A stretch of DNA of 64,000 nt from an uncultured Spirochaetota bacterium (lineage in GTDB: Bacteria > Spirochaetota > Brevinematia > Brevinematales > JAOACQ01). The stretch lies in contig CAWIGG010000002.1 in NCBI GenBank assembly GCA_963835575.1, positions 448,001 through 512,000 of the forward strand, read 5' to 3'. The notes beneath the pieces were generated by a model. That model searched no databases. It saw only the letters and a list, made by a program, of their open reading frames with translations, and was not told the DNA's origin. Shown here one piece after another: positions 29,240-39,645 of this stretch. Every line of letters starts with the position of its first letter. The first letter of the stretch is position 1. A program made the translations under genes and the position numbers.

Positions 29240-30847
29240 ATGCAGCTTTTATCAAATCTTTATTTTGCGGCGTTTATTATTTATCTTTTTTTTGGGCATT
29301 ACAGCCTCGTCTATTCCCGGCAGTCCGCGGGGAAATTAAGACTCTTTATTTCATTTCTGATTTTGTGTTTCAATATGGCCCTCTGGTCGCTTGTTTATGC
29401 ATTTCTTGTTGCGGCGCCGGATGAAGCCACATGTCTTTTGTATTTTAAAATATCACTGCCTTTTTTGTCGTTCTTTCCATATTTGTTTTTGATCTTTTTC
29501 TATAATTTGACTAAAGGGAAAAACAGCGGTCAGAAATTTGTTTTATCCGGAAAGAATAAATTTATTTTAATGGCCGTCCTGGCTGTCCCGCCGCTGTATT
29601 TTATAATAAAAGGACTGACAGGGGATTTGATGGTAAAAGGTTTTCAAATGACTTCCGCAGGCTGGCAGGCCGTCCATGCCACCAATTCTTTAATTTATAA
29701 TCTCTTTAACGTTTATTATATGGGTTATCTTTTATTCTGCATCGGTTTAAACATCAGATGGCTGATAAAAGCTGAAAATAAAAGAGAAAAAAAACAGGCG
29801 CAGATTATTCTGGCCGCGTCTATCATAACCATGCTGATAAATGTTTCACTGGAAACATTTATGCCGCTGTTAAACATTATGCATATTCCTAAAATCGCCC
29901 AGATCGCTACTTTAATATGGATATTCGGAATCGGTTACGCCATTCATAATTATCAGCTGATGATGTTCTCTCCCGCATTGGCTGCCGAGGAAATATTGTC
30001 CAAGATGGTCAATATACTGTTTCTTGTTGATCCGCAGGGGATCATAGTCAATGTGAATCAGCATGCTGAAAGCCTGCTCGGTTATGTCAGAACCGAATTA
30101 TTAAACAAGCCTGTTCACTCATTTTTTAAAGAGGGAACAAATTTGAGTAATGAGCTGGAAAAGATGAAGAAAAAAGTTTCTCCCGATTATTTCGGGGATT
30201 TTCATCTGGCAACTAAAAATAAAGAAATCATCCCTGTCAGCATTTCCGGTTCGGCGATTATTGATAAGGCCGGGGAACTTATCGGCATTTTGATTATTGC
30301 CGAAGACAGAAGGGACACTCTGCGGCTGAAGATGGAAGTGGAAAAGAGGGAAGGAGCGGAAAAAGAACTGCAGATATTGAATAAAAAACTGGAAAGCCTT
30401 GTAAATGAAAGGACCCGGGAGCTGGAGAGTCTGAATGAAAAACTTCAGGCAGAAACAGGGGAAAGAAAAAAAATAAACGAACAGCTTTTCAACGCCTTTA
30501 CCCGCATCAACAGCATATTTGATATCTCTCCTTTTGCCATTGTCATTGCAGACACAAAAGGCAATATTGAGGACTGCAACACGCCTATGCTTATCATGGG
30601 AGGATATTCGCACAAAAATGAATTAATCGGAAAAAACGCGCTGCAGTTTATTATGGAAAAAGACAGAAAAAAGGGCGAAAAGAAAATTCAGGAGGTTTTG
30701 AAGAGCGGGGAAACAATCAGTGATAATTTCACCCTTCTGAATAAAAATGGAAAGGAATATGATGTACGGATTACGGCGCATCGTATTAATGATTATTGGG
30801 GTAAACCGTCCGGTTTTGTAGCATTTATTATTGAAACAAAGCTATAA
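29240..30847 (+). CDS. Membrane sensor: 7TM (HisKA_7TM-like) plus two PAS domains, no output domain
   Basis: Seven hydrophobic helices; two PAS motifs (D..G.I...N...G....EL.GK) joined by a coiled coil with V.ERT.EL. Confidence 0.8.
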   Translation: MQLLSNLYFAAFIIYLFFGHYSLVYSRQSAGKLRLFISFLILCFNMALWSLVYAFLVAAPDEATCLLYFKISLPFLSFFPYLFLIFFYNLTKGKNSGQKFVLSGKNKFILMAVLAVPPLYFIIKGLTGDLMVKGFQMTSAGWQAVHATNSLIYNLFNVYYMGYLLFCIGLNIRWLIKAENKREKKQAQIILAASIITMLINVSLETFMPLLNIMHIPKIAQIATLIWIFGIGYAIHNYQLMMFSPALAAEEILSKMVNILFLVDPQGIIVNVNQHAESLLGYVRTELLNKPVHSFFKEGTNLSNELEKMKKKVSPDYFGDFHLATKNKEIIPVSISGSAIIDKAGELIGILIIAEDRRDTLRLKMEVEKREGAEKELQILNKKLESLVNERTRELESLNEKLQAETGERKKINEQLFNAFTRINSIFDISPFAIVIADTKGNIEDCNTPMLIMGGYSHKNELIGKNALQFIMEKDRKKGEKKIQEVLKSGETISDNFTLLNKNGKEYDVRITAHRINDYWGKPSGFVAFIIETKL

Positions 30848-30984
30848 TAATCCATATCTTTAATTTAAGATAAAATATTTGTCCTGTCGATATTTAAATA
30901 TTGATTATTAATTAAAAAAATTTTAAAATATAAATAATCTTTAATTGACTATTTCTCTTACATTATTAATATCCGGGAGGTAAA

Positions 30985-31833
30985 ATGGAAATAGCCGGAC
31001 TTAAAAACAAAAAACTCAGCCTGAAAAATGACGGGGTTCTTTCATTATTTTTTGCCGGGATCGGCAGCGCTTTCACTAAAAGGCTTTATCAGACAAACCT
31101 GCTTATTATAAAAGGCGATGATCATCTTCTTATCGATTGCGGGACTAAATTCTCCCAATCGCTCTTTGAATTAGGGCTCGGCGTTACCGATATAGAAAAT
31201 ATCCTCATCACGCATTCGCATGCCGATCATATCGGAGGCCTTGAGGAAGCGGCGCTGATGGGCAGATATTTCGCTAAAAAAAAGCCCAATATGTTCATTA
31301 CGGAAACCTATCAGCAGTGCCTCTGGGATATGTCTCTCCGAGGGGGCTGCGCTTATAATGAAGAGAAAAACGGGTCTGTTCTGGAATTCAGCGATCTATG
31401 GAATGTGGTCCGTCCTCAATCTTTAAAGAATTATCCGCGTGAGACTTATGAATTAAACGCAGGATCGATCAATATCAAGATGTTCCGTACAAAACATATA
31501 CCCGATAATTCGGAAAGCTGGGAAACTTCGGCATGGAGCTGCGGCGTTATTATTGACGACAGGGTCATGTTCACCGGCGACACCCGCTATGACGAGGACC
31601 TTATTTTATCTTTTGACAGGCTCTTTCACCTGGAAAACATCTTTCATGACTGCCAGTTTTTTACGGGAGGGGTCCACGCATCGCTGGATGAGCTCAACAG
31701 CCTTCCGCCGGATATAAAGAAGAAAACGGTCCTGACTCATTACGGCGATAATTGGGAGAAATTTGAGGAAAGGGCATTGGAGTACGGGTTTATCGGGCTG
31801 GCAAAACAGCATGTCTATTACAAATTTATCTGA
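30985..31833 (+). CDS. MBL-fold metallo-hydrolase (RNase Z-like)
   Basis: G.GSAF, LIDCG, THSHADHIGG, TGDT, HDC...GVHA. Confidence 0.9.
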   Translation: MEIAGLKNKKLSLKNDGVLSLFFAGIGSAFTKRLYQTNLLIIKGDDHLLIDCGTKFSQSLFELGLGVTDIENILITHSHADHIGGLEEAALMGRYFAKKKPNMFITETYQQCLWDMSLRGGCAYNEEKNGSVLEFSDLWNVVRPQSLKNYPRETYELNAGSINIKMFRTKHIPDNSESWETSAWSCGVIIDDRVMFTGDTRYDEDLILSFDRLFHLENIFHDCQFFTGGVHASLDELNSLPPDIKKKTVLTHYGDNWEKFEERALEYGFIGLAKQHVYYKFI

Positions 31834-32453
31834 TGGTTCAATAATCCTTTTCTTTAACCACCAAGAACACCAAGGGCACAAAGATCACTAAGGACCATCA
31901 ACGGGTGACTTTTAGTATATTCCATTCTTTATTAATTGCTTCAAACCTTTTTTATTTCAGCATTCCTTTAATTGAAAACACAGAGAACACGAAGCCAATT
32001 ATAAATTAAGGATATTGTAAAAAATTTCCTTCATTTGAGGGTCACGAAGGACACGGAGAGCGGAATTAGGATGCTGAATGTTCTTTAAGGCCTTATTTTC
32101 ATTTCATAGCTTTTATTTATTGATGGGCTTTTTATGGGAACCGGTAATTCAAAGTGGGTGGGGACGAAATGGAACCACAGATTACACTGATTTCACTGAT
32201 TGTATTTTGGATAACAAAGTGGAAACCGGAATGACCACGGAATATACGGAAAGAACGGAACGGGTGAGGGTGTGGGCTACGCCCTGGCAAACAGAAGATA
32301 TTGTTTATAAATTCCTGATTGATAATATTAAAGCGGTTGCGCAGAACCCAATTAAGCAGGATCGGCAGGATTAAAACCAGGATTATCAGGAGGTATTTGC
32401 ATATGAGAGGGGAAGTGAGGTATAATGAATGTGTTTTATTATATAAATGAGGT

Positions 32454-32876
32454 ATGAATATGGATTATTTCAATTTTTTGTTACCAATTATTACTGCCAT
32501 TATTGGATCATATTTGACTTTTTATTTTACAAATAGATCAAAAAGGAACGAAGCTATTCTAAAATATAAAGAAGAAAAATATTCTAAGCTTTTAATAAAA
32601 CTTCAAGGATTTGTAGGTATTACTGCAAACAATAAAACCAAGAGAGAATTCTTTGAAGAACAATATCAATCTTGGTTATATTGTTCAGATGATGTTGTTA
32701 TTGCGATAAACCGTATGGTTGATATAATAATGATAGAAAAAGGAAATATTCCAAATCCTGAAGAAGGTAGAAAAGCTATTGGAAACATTGTTCTTGCTAT
32801 GCGTAAAGATTTGCTTGGTAAAACTTCTTTAGAATATAAAGATTTTAGGTATATAAATGTTATTGATAAAGATTAA
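32454..32876 (+). CDS. Low-GC hypothetical membrane-anchored protein
   Basis: GAGG RBS; N-terminal TM; ...AMRKDL C-term; AT-rich. Confidence 0.8.
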   Translation: MNMDYFNFLLPIITAIIGSYLTFYFTNRSKRNEAILKYKEEKYSKLLIKLQGFVGITANNKTKREFFEEQYQSWLYCSDDVVIAINRMVDIIMIEKGNIPNPEEGRKAIGNIVLAMRKDLLGKTSLEYKDFRYINVIDKD

Positions 32877-33157
32877 TTAAACAGTAATGGCATTCACTAA
32901 CCAAAATGATTATCCCCCTTAACTATCTCCATCCACTCAGGCTTTTTAATTTCTTCAAGCACTTCTATATAAAATAAATCCTCTAAAACTTGTGGTGAGC
33001 CTGCCGAATCCATCCGTCTAATCCGTGAAAATCCGCGTGAACAATGGGATATTATAATAAGGAATTGTTTACAAAAGATTTGAATTTAACAACAAAGAAC
33101 CGTTAATCCCCGTTGGTGGTTCTTGGTGCTCTTGGTGTCTTGATGGTGAATTGAAAT

Positions 33158-34288
33158 TTATTCGTATAATTTTAAAGGCATGGAGATATAAATATAATTC
33201 TCGTCCCCGATGGTTTTAAAGAGCATGGGACTTCCCTGAGAGTTTATGACAAATTCGATCCTTTTTCCATGCGTCACCTTAAGGAAATCGGCTATCGCTT
33301 TATAATTGCATGCTATTGTAATGGCGGCCCCTTTATATTCGATTTCCATTTCCTCTTTAGCGACGCCGTAAATCGGGTGGGAAGTCAGAATAGTAATTTT
33401 GTTTTCAGAAAGCTCCAGCTTTGTCTTTCCAGTGTCCGGGTCGCTCATTACGGAAACGATATCGAGCGCCTGAGAAAAGGAAGCGCTGTCGACAGTCGCT
33501 ATGTTGACCCTTTCCGTCGGGATCACGTCTTTATAATTGGGGAATTTCCCGTCGACGAGGTTGGAGAACATATAGACATTCCCGATCTTGAAAAACGCCT
33601 GGTTATTATGGATGGAAAGAAGCGCGTCGCCGGTTGTCAATATCGACTGCAGGGTTTTGAAGATCCGCTGGGGCACGATGACGCCCAGCTCTATGGTGCC
33701 TTTCTTTTCCTCATATTCCCTGGTTATGACGGCAAGCCTCTTCCCGTCGCTGGTCACAAAGGAAAGAAAGCCTTCCACCGATTCCTCGATATAAGTCCCG
33801 GTAAAAGCCGGTTTGGAAAAGTCTGTTGAAATGGAAAACTCAGTTGATGTTATCTGTTCGAGAAGGGTTTCCTGCGCGGTCTTTATATAGCTCTCCCAGT
33901 TGAACTCGAAAAATATCGGATAGGCGTCGCCGGATACTCCGTTGATGTTGAAAATCGGGTTTTCCTTTCCTTCGGGATGTATGATGATCTCATGGTCATT
34001 GTCCGGCTTGGTGCTGAGGGAAATCTTCTCGCCGGGGATTTTCCTGACCGCTTCCAGGAGCTTCTTGGAAAGAAGGGCTATCTTGCCGCTTTCTTCAACT
34101 TTACCCGTTGTCTCGACCTTGACGCCGTTTTCGCCGTTGTATGAAAGCAGAATGATCGATCCGTCGCTTTGCGCTTCGATGTAAATATTGAGGAGCATTG
34201 CCAGGGGGGTTTTAATGTTAATAATGGAATCGGCGATGCTGAGATTATGAATAAATTCGTCTTTATTGACAATGAATTTCATTTTCAA
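33158..34288 (-). CDS. dnaN: DNA polymerase III beta sliding clamp
   Basis: 376 aa; SDGKRLA, LVDGKFPNYKDVIP, terminal SMPL. Confidence 0.93.
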   Translation of the reverse strand: MKMKFIVNKDEFIHNLSIADSIINIKTPLAMLLNIYIEAQSDGSIILLSYNGENGVKVETTGKVEESGKIALLSKKLLEAVRKIPGEKISLSTKPDNDHEIIIHPEGKENPIFNINGVSGDAYPIFFEFNWESYIKTAQETLLEQITSTEFSISTDFSKPAFTGTYIEESVEGFLSFVTSDGKRLAVITREYEEKKGTIELGVIVPQRIFKTLQSILTTGDALLSIHNNQAFFKIGNVYMFSNLVDGKFPNYKDVIPTERVNIATVDSASFSQALDIVSVMSDPDTGKTKLELSENKITILTSHPIYGVAKEEMEIEYKGAAITIACNYKAIADFLKVTHGKRIEFVINSQGSPMLFKTIGDENYIYISMPLKLYE

Positions 34289-34382
34289 TCTCCTTTTTAA
34301 TTTGTCAAAAATAGCAAAGGAATTATAATTATTTTTAATAAAATTATCAAGTTATCGGATAATATCGATAATTCAATTGATA

Positions 34383-36073
34383 CCTAAACTGAGCGATTCT
34401 TTTATTAATTCAAAAAATCGGCCTGTTAAACGGGTGGGGTTTTAGAAATTTTAAGGAGTGAGATATTACCCATCCAATTTAAAGTACAAGACCCTTTAGA
34501 AAAGGTCCTTATTTGTTGAAATTTTAGTTTTGAGCGCAATACCCCCTTATCCGGTTTTTTAGCTTTAATAATTTATATTGGGACAACGAACAGGCATTTG
34601 TCCCAAACTTTAAATAGCCCCAATTCGTCTATTACTTCATGCCGAAATTTCAATACAATTTTTCTGCTTCTTCTTACGATCTTTCCGGCTATGTCAATAA
34701 AAAGCCGTCTTACAGTGTCCGGATAACTGCCAATTGGGAAGCTATCTGAAAGCGCGTCTTCCTGCATAGCAATCAATAAATTGCGGGATATCAGCATCAG
34801 AAAATAGTATGCGGCATTTGAGATAAACCTTTTGAAAGGGAGTGTTTCATCCGCAAACTCCTTCACGCTCCGATTTACCAATTCATCCTTCGCCCTTAAG
34901 AGATAAAGTTCGATAATCTCTTTAGCCGCCAGGTATTTTTCCAGTCCTGCCTTTTTTAGTAATTCCTGATTATATAAATTTGTGTAAATTAAATTATCCG
35001 GTTTCGCAAAATCCAGAAGGTACTCATCTCCATTATTTGCCCTTTTACAGTAAATCGCCCGGCGGCCTTTGCTCCATTTCTCCCGTTTGTCTCTAAAATC
35101 ACAATATTCCCAGACATCGCCTTTTCTCTCAAAATTGCTCCAGCCTTGCGGAAGCTTGCGGATCAAATCCAGTTTGATGTCGTTGTACATTGTACCGCCG
35201 CAGATATAGTAATGTCCGTTTTCTTCCATCCATTCATAGTATTTCTGATCATTGAACCCACTATCTGAAACAACAATAACCGGCACGTCTTTATCGTATT
35301 CTTTACGGATCTTTCCGATGATTTTTTCAAGCGATTCGTTCAGGTCATTCCCGTGATTACAATGTGCGCTCCCTTCCCGAAACAGCGAATAAATCACATA
35401 AGGCCCCCAATAGAACAATAAAGGATGAAACCCTTTTACCATTTTATATGTCAGAGTTACGCCTTCCCGTTTTCGCGCGCTGTTATTGTCTAATACCGTC
35501 GAATCAACACCAAGTACAATTACCTTTGGCCGGGTTATTTTGAGCCGCCAGATAAACAACTCCAGTAAAAAATGACCTAAAGCATTCACCATTTTTTCCG
35601 TTACGGCGCCTAAGAACCGTTTCATTGTATGTGAGGATGCCATTTCATTCTTTGAGAACTCAATTGTCCCGGCATACCCCATATTGTTTTTCAGATCGTC
35701 AAACCTCGTCATAGTATTTTGGCTTCCGTCAACGAAAAAGCAGAATATCTGCTTTAGTATATTCTCGATCTTTTGCCCTTTTGAACTTTTCCGCAGGCCG
35801 TCAAATATTCCAGTAATCAGCGATAATACGTGTGTCCCTTTGAGGTATCTGCAAAAAAATGCCAATCCTCCCCTGCCGCTTAATAGATCATCCGTTATTC
35901 CAATTTCAGAAATCTCATTTTTGCAATATTTATTTTTTTCAGCCATAATTAACCTGCTTTTGCACCCAATGGGTGTTTTTTCGGGGTAAGGATGGCGGCA
36001 ACCATTTCCTTACCCCATTCTATTTTAGCATGGTTTTTTATAATTCGGCTAATAAAGAATCGCTCAGTTTAGG
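34383..36073 (-). mobile_element. IS1380 family element (second, distinct)
   Basis: 20-bp IRs CCTAAACTGAGCGATTCTTT; TSD TGATA at 34378-34382 and 36074-36078. Confidence 0.93.
34573..35946 (-). CDS. IS1380 family transposase
   Basis: LSGRGGL, VDSTVLDN..A.KREG, DSGF.D, R..DELVNR motifs. Confidence 0.88.
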   Translation of the reverse strand: MAEKNKYCKNEISEIGITDDLLSGRGGLAFFCRYLKGTHVLSLITGIFDGLRKSSKGQKIENILKQIFCFFVDGSQNTMTRFDDLKNNMGYAGTIEFSKNEMASSHTMKRFLGAVTEKMVNALGHFLLELFIWRLKITRPKVIVLGVDSTVLDNNSARKREGVTLTYKMVKGFHPLLFYWGPYVIYSLFREGSAHCNHGNDLNESLEKIIGKIRKEYDKDVPVIVVSDSGFNDQKYYEWMEENGHYYICGGTMYNDIKLDLIRKLPQGWSNFERKGDVWEYCDFRDKREKWSKGRRAIYCKRANNGDEYLLDFAKPDNLIYTNLYNQELLKKAGLEKYLAAKEIIELYLLRAKDELVNRSVKEFADETLPFKRFISNAAYYFLMLISRNLLIAMQEDALSDSFPIGSYPDTVRRLFIDIAGKIVRRSRKIVLKFRHEVIDELGLFKVWDKCLFVVPI

Positions 36074-36386
36074 TGATAATTCAAATTGGTATTTTTTCTT
36101 TGCGTTCATTTGCATGTCTTCTCGGATAGGAAAGTCTTCCGCTAAGCCACGCGAATATACGATAATATATTTTTTGATTTTTTCAAATAGTCTAGTACTG
36201 AAAATCAGGTTTTATTCATTATTAAAAAGTTAATGATAGAATCATTTTTTAAACCCCAATTGAACACAGATTTTCGCGGATTGAGCGGATCATCGCGGAT
36301 TTACTATCGGGTGAAGAAAGCTATTTTTATTAGGCTGAACGGGTAGGGATCAGTTATACTTCGTTATGCTATGGCGAGGGTGAAAC

Positions 36387-37463
36387 TCAGTTGATAAATT
36401 TCTTAATTATATCCTGTTTATGGCTTAAATCATATCCGTTTAATATCTGTTCGATATTGACAAATTCCATATCAAGATCCAGCAGATCTTTATCCCGGAT
36501 CTCATTTTTAAGTTTTTCAATAATTCTATCCGCTTTGATGACTTTATACGGCCTGCCGTAATAATCGAATATTTTTATATCGACTGGATTATTGATGAAT
36601 ACGGAATTATGAAGCCGGAGTATTTTTTCATATAATTTAGAAAAAGTCCGTTCGATTCTATTGTCCGGACTTTTAAGCAGTCTTTTTATTAACGGCAAAG
36701 TTTCAGAGGCAGTTTTCAGTCGTTTAAAACAGCTTCCAAGCCATTTACTGTATGGTATATATTGATTTTCATAATAAAAGCACAGCTTCATAATATTGTT
36801 GATAATTCTATTCAAAATTAAACGGCACCCGGTGTCATCCTTGATTTCAAGGCATCTGCCTATAAAAGCCTCTTCATTTAATATCCCATACCATAAACCG
36901 ATCATTTTTACGATCAATACATCTTTCGGACAGGATGAATAATATTTTCTGATCGTGTTCAATTTTTCAAGGCCGTCATGAAAAACCTTTCCGCCGGTGA
37001 ATTCAATCAGTCCCTGTTCCGATATCTTCAGCCATTCAATGTTCGATAACCCGGATTCTTTATCGGTTCCCAGATAATAGTGCATGCATAACCGCACGGT
37101 TTGTATTTCAATCAGATGGTTTACAGGGACTTTATCTTTATATTCCATTTTTTGCGTGTTGTCTTTTCCGGGAGCAGTAAAATTGGTTGAAAAGCCTTTG
37201 TAAACCAATGGTAATTTTGTGGAAAACAGATCATTGATTCGAGTGAAGAAGTGAACATCATCTTCAGATATAAATATCTGCAATCGGGGACCCCAGTTAT
37301 GGTCCATCGATATCGCGGTGTCCAGGCCGAGGACATCGGAACCGTAACCCAATAACGCGGCGGAATATTTTAATCCGGGGAAGTTGCTTTCCAATAACGG
37401 CTTGACACATTCAAAATAAAAACCTCCATTAAGGATCAGACCGGCAATAAATTTCCGCTTCAT
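36387..37463 (-). CDS. DUF4037-like hypothetical protein
   Basis: G.GSDVLG.D..S.DH.WGPR, T.G.VF.D, Y.PYSKW. Confidence 0.75.
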   Translation of the reverse strand: MKRKFIAGLILNGGFYFECVKPLLESNFPGLKYSAALLGYGSDVLGLDTAISMDHNWGPRLQIFISEDDVHFFTRINDLFSTKLPLVYKGFSTNFTAPGKDNTQKMEYKDKVPVNHLIEIQTVRLCMHYYLGTDKESGLSNIEWLKISEQGLIEFTGGKVFHDGLEKLNTIRKYYSSCPKDVLIVKMIGLWYGILNEEAFIGRCLEIKDDTGCRLILNRIINNIMKLCFYYENQYIPYSKWLGSCFKRLKTASETLPLIKRLLKSPDNRIERTFSKLYEKILRLHNSVFINNPVDIKIFDYYGRPYKVIKADRIIEKLKNEIRDKDLLDLDMEFVNIEQILNGYDLSHKQDIIKKFIN

Positions 37464-37475
37464 TAGAGCTCCATT

Positions 37476-39635
37476 CTACTCCGCTTTCACATTCCCTTTC
37501 TCGTCGAACTGGACGGTCATGCCGCCGGGGTATTTTCTGCCGCCGATCTTCGTGTCATCGGCGAGCATACCGCTTCTCAGTTTACCGGACTCGTAGAACG
37601 CGGCGGGCGTCCATTTCTGGAATGTGATGCCGTTGATCGACGTGTCGTCGCGGAGTGTCCCGCTCTGCAATTGACCGTTCGGGTGGAAAGAGGCGATGCT
37701 GCCTTTTTTAAAGACGAGGTCTTTCCCGGTGCCCTTGATATAGCAGTCTTCCGAGAGCATTCCGCTCTTTACGCTCCCGTTTTCATAGAGGCTGATCTCC
37801 GAGCCTTTTTTGAAACCGATCTGGAGGAGCGTCGCGTCCTGCGAGAGCGTCCCGCGCTCGACCTTGCCGGATTTATAGAACTGGACTGCGCCGATGAAGG
37901 AAATGTCCTGTATGGACGTTTCACCGGAAAGGATTCCCTGTTCCAGCGCGCCTGTGTCATAAAATGAAATGCAGGGCATATAAACGGCGGTGACAGAAGC
38001 GCTCAGATCGTTTGAGACTGTTTTCATGAACGGCTTGAAAGTCAGCCCCTCGAATACTTCGACCTCGGAAGCGAGTGCACCGTTGGAGATTGATCCGTTA
38101 GAAAAGAAAGTGACAAGCGTTTCGCCTTTGAAGATCAGCGGGGTTACGCCCTTCATAAGCTCCGAATCGTCGGCCAGAGTTCCGCTCAGAACCCGGCCGT
38201 TGGGGTGGAATTGGACTTCAGTATTGGATTTGTATGTGATCTTCTGTATTTCCAGCGGTTCCGTGATGACGAGGCTTGAAAGACTGCCGGATTCGTAATA
38301 GCGGACCCTTGTGCCGGCTTTATTGGTCACGCCGCGGAAGGCCGCGTCTTCACCCAGCGTTCCGTAACTGACCTTTCCGTTTGAGTAAAAACCTATTTCA
38401 GTATTTTCTTTATAAATCTTTTTGTCAACAGGCGTGTTTGTCGCGAGCGTTCCCAGCTCGAGTTTCCTGTTATTATAAAACGCGAACGGGGTACCGGACT
38501 GAAGGGATAAGGAATCGATAACGGTGTTTTCGGCCAGCGTGCCGGAAATAACAATGCCGGATTCGTCAAAGCCCGCGGCCGTCTCTTCCTTCAGGGCTAT
38601 TTTATTGAGATTGGTTTTTTCAGCGAGGGTCGCCGTTTTTATCGAGCCGTTCTCGTAAAAATCGATTTCGGCGTCGCCCTTGCAGGAGAGGCCTTTGATG
38701 ACGGCGTTGTCGTAGAGGGTGCCGAAGCTCACCTTGCCGGACTTATAAAAGCCGACAGGATTGTCGCCCTTGTACCGGACGCCGTCGATCCTGGCGTTAT
38801 CAGCGAGCCGAATCCTTTCCGGCAGTATCATCTGGCCGGATTTGGAGAGGTTCAGCCGGGCTCCGTCCGGGACCTTGATATGCTTCATCCGGACAGGAGC
38901 GGCCAGGATGCCGCTTCTCGGCCTGCCGCTTGAATAGAGGACCAGCTCGTTCTTTCCCCTGAAGGGAATATCGCGGACCATCGTGTCCTTCTCGAGGTCG
39001 ATTTTGTCCGGGAGGAGAGGAAAGCCGTTCTCGTCAAAGAGCATTTCCGTTCCCTTTGTAAAGAGGAAGCCGCCGATGACGGCATTACCGGGAAGGGAAA
39101 TCCCCATAATTTTTCCGGATTCATAAAAATGCATTTCGGTCTCCGCCGGGAATTTGAACCCCTGGATTTCCGAATCCTGCGCCAGCGTGCCGAAGCTCAC
39201 TATTCCGTTATCATAAAAATAGATCTCCCGGCTGCCCTTGAAGAGAATGTCCTGGAATTTTGTGTCTTCAGCCAGGTCCATTTTTGACGGCAGTTTTATA
39301 GCGCCTTTCTCGTCAAAAGATAAAGTAAGGCCCGCTGAGAATAGGATGCCCTGGATGCGGGTATTGGAGTCGATCTTCGCTGCCGTGATCTTTTTATTCT
39401 TTAAATAGATCTCGGAATAGGCGGGAAATTTGATCCCCTGGATTTCCGTGTCCGCGATCAGCTTGATGTAGATCAGGTCCTTGTTTTTATTTAAGAAGAC
39501 TTCCGTTCCCTCTTTCAGGAAAATCCCCTGGTATGTCCTGTCCTTATTGACCGTAACCGTTCCTTCCATTGTAAAAAGAGGCGTAACGAATCCTGTAAGA
39601 ATAAACAGGGAAATGATAAATAATCTATTTTTCAT
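37476..39635 (-). CDS. Exported beta-repeat (MORN-variant-like) protein
   Basis: Signal peptide from MKNRLFII; many ~35-aa repeats GTL..DT.I.G..FK.G..V.FY.SG. Confidence 0.8.
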   Translation of the reverse strand: MKNRLFIISLFILTGFVTPLFTMEGTVTVNKDRTYQGIFLKEGTEVFLNKNKDLIYIKLIADTEIQGIKFPAYSEIYLKNKKITAAKIDSNTRIQGILFSAGLTLSFDEKGAIKLPSKMDLAEDTKFQDILFKGSREIYFYDNGIVSFGTLAQDSEIQGFKFPAETEMHFYESGKIMGISLPGNAVIGGFLFTKGTEMLFDENGFPLLPDKIDLEKDTMVRDIPFRGKNELVLYSSGRPRSGILAAPVRMKHIKVPDGARLNLSKSGQMILPERIRLADNARIDGVRYKGDNPVGFYKSGKVSFGTLYDNAVIKGLSCKGDAEIDFYENGSIKTATLAEKTNLNKIALKEETAAGFDESGIVISGTLAENTVIDSLSLQSGTPFAFYNNRKLELGTLATNTPVDKKIYKENTEIGFYSNGKVSYGTLGEDAAFRGVTNKAGTRVRYYESGSLSSLVITEPLEIQKITYKSNTEVQFHPNGRVLSGTLADDSELMKGVTPLIFKGETLVTFFSNGSISNGALASEVEVFEGLTFKPFMKTVSNDLSASVTAVYMPCISFYDTGALEQGILSGETSIQDISFIGAVQFYKSGKVERGTLSQDATLLQIGFKKGSEISLYENGSVKSGMLSEDCYIKGTGKDLVFKKGSIASFHPNGQLQSGTLRDDTSINGITFQKWTPAAFYESGKLRSGMLADDTKIGGRKYPGGMTVQFDEKGNVKAE

Positions 39636-39645
39636 ATGATCCTCG

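Noticed and set aside
31858..32391. CRISPR array, or the 98-aa ORF 32078..32374
   Set aside because: No constant repeat with unique spacers and no cas genes; the ORF is largely translated repeat arms.
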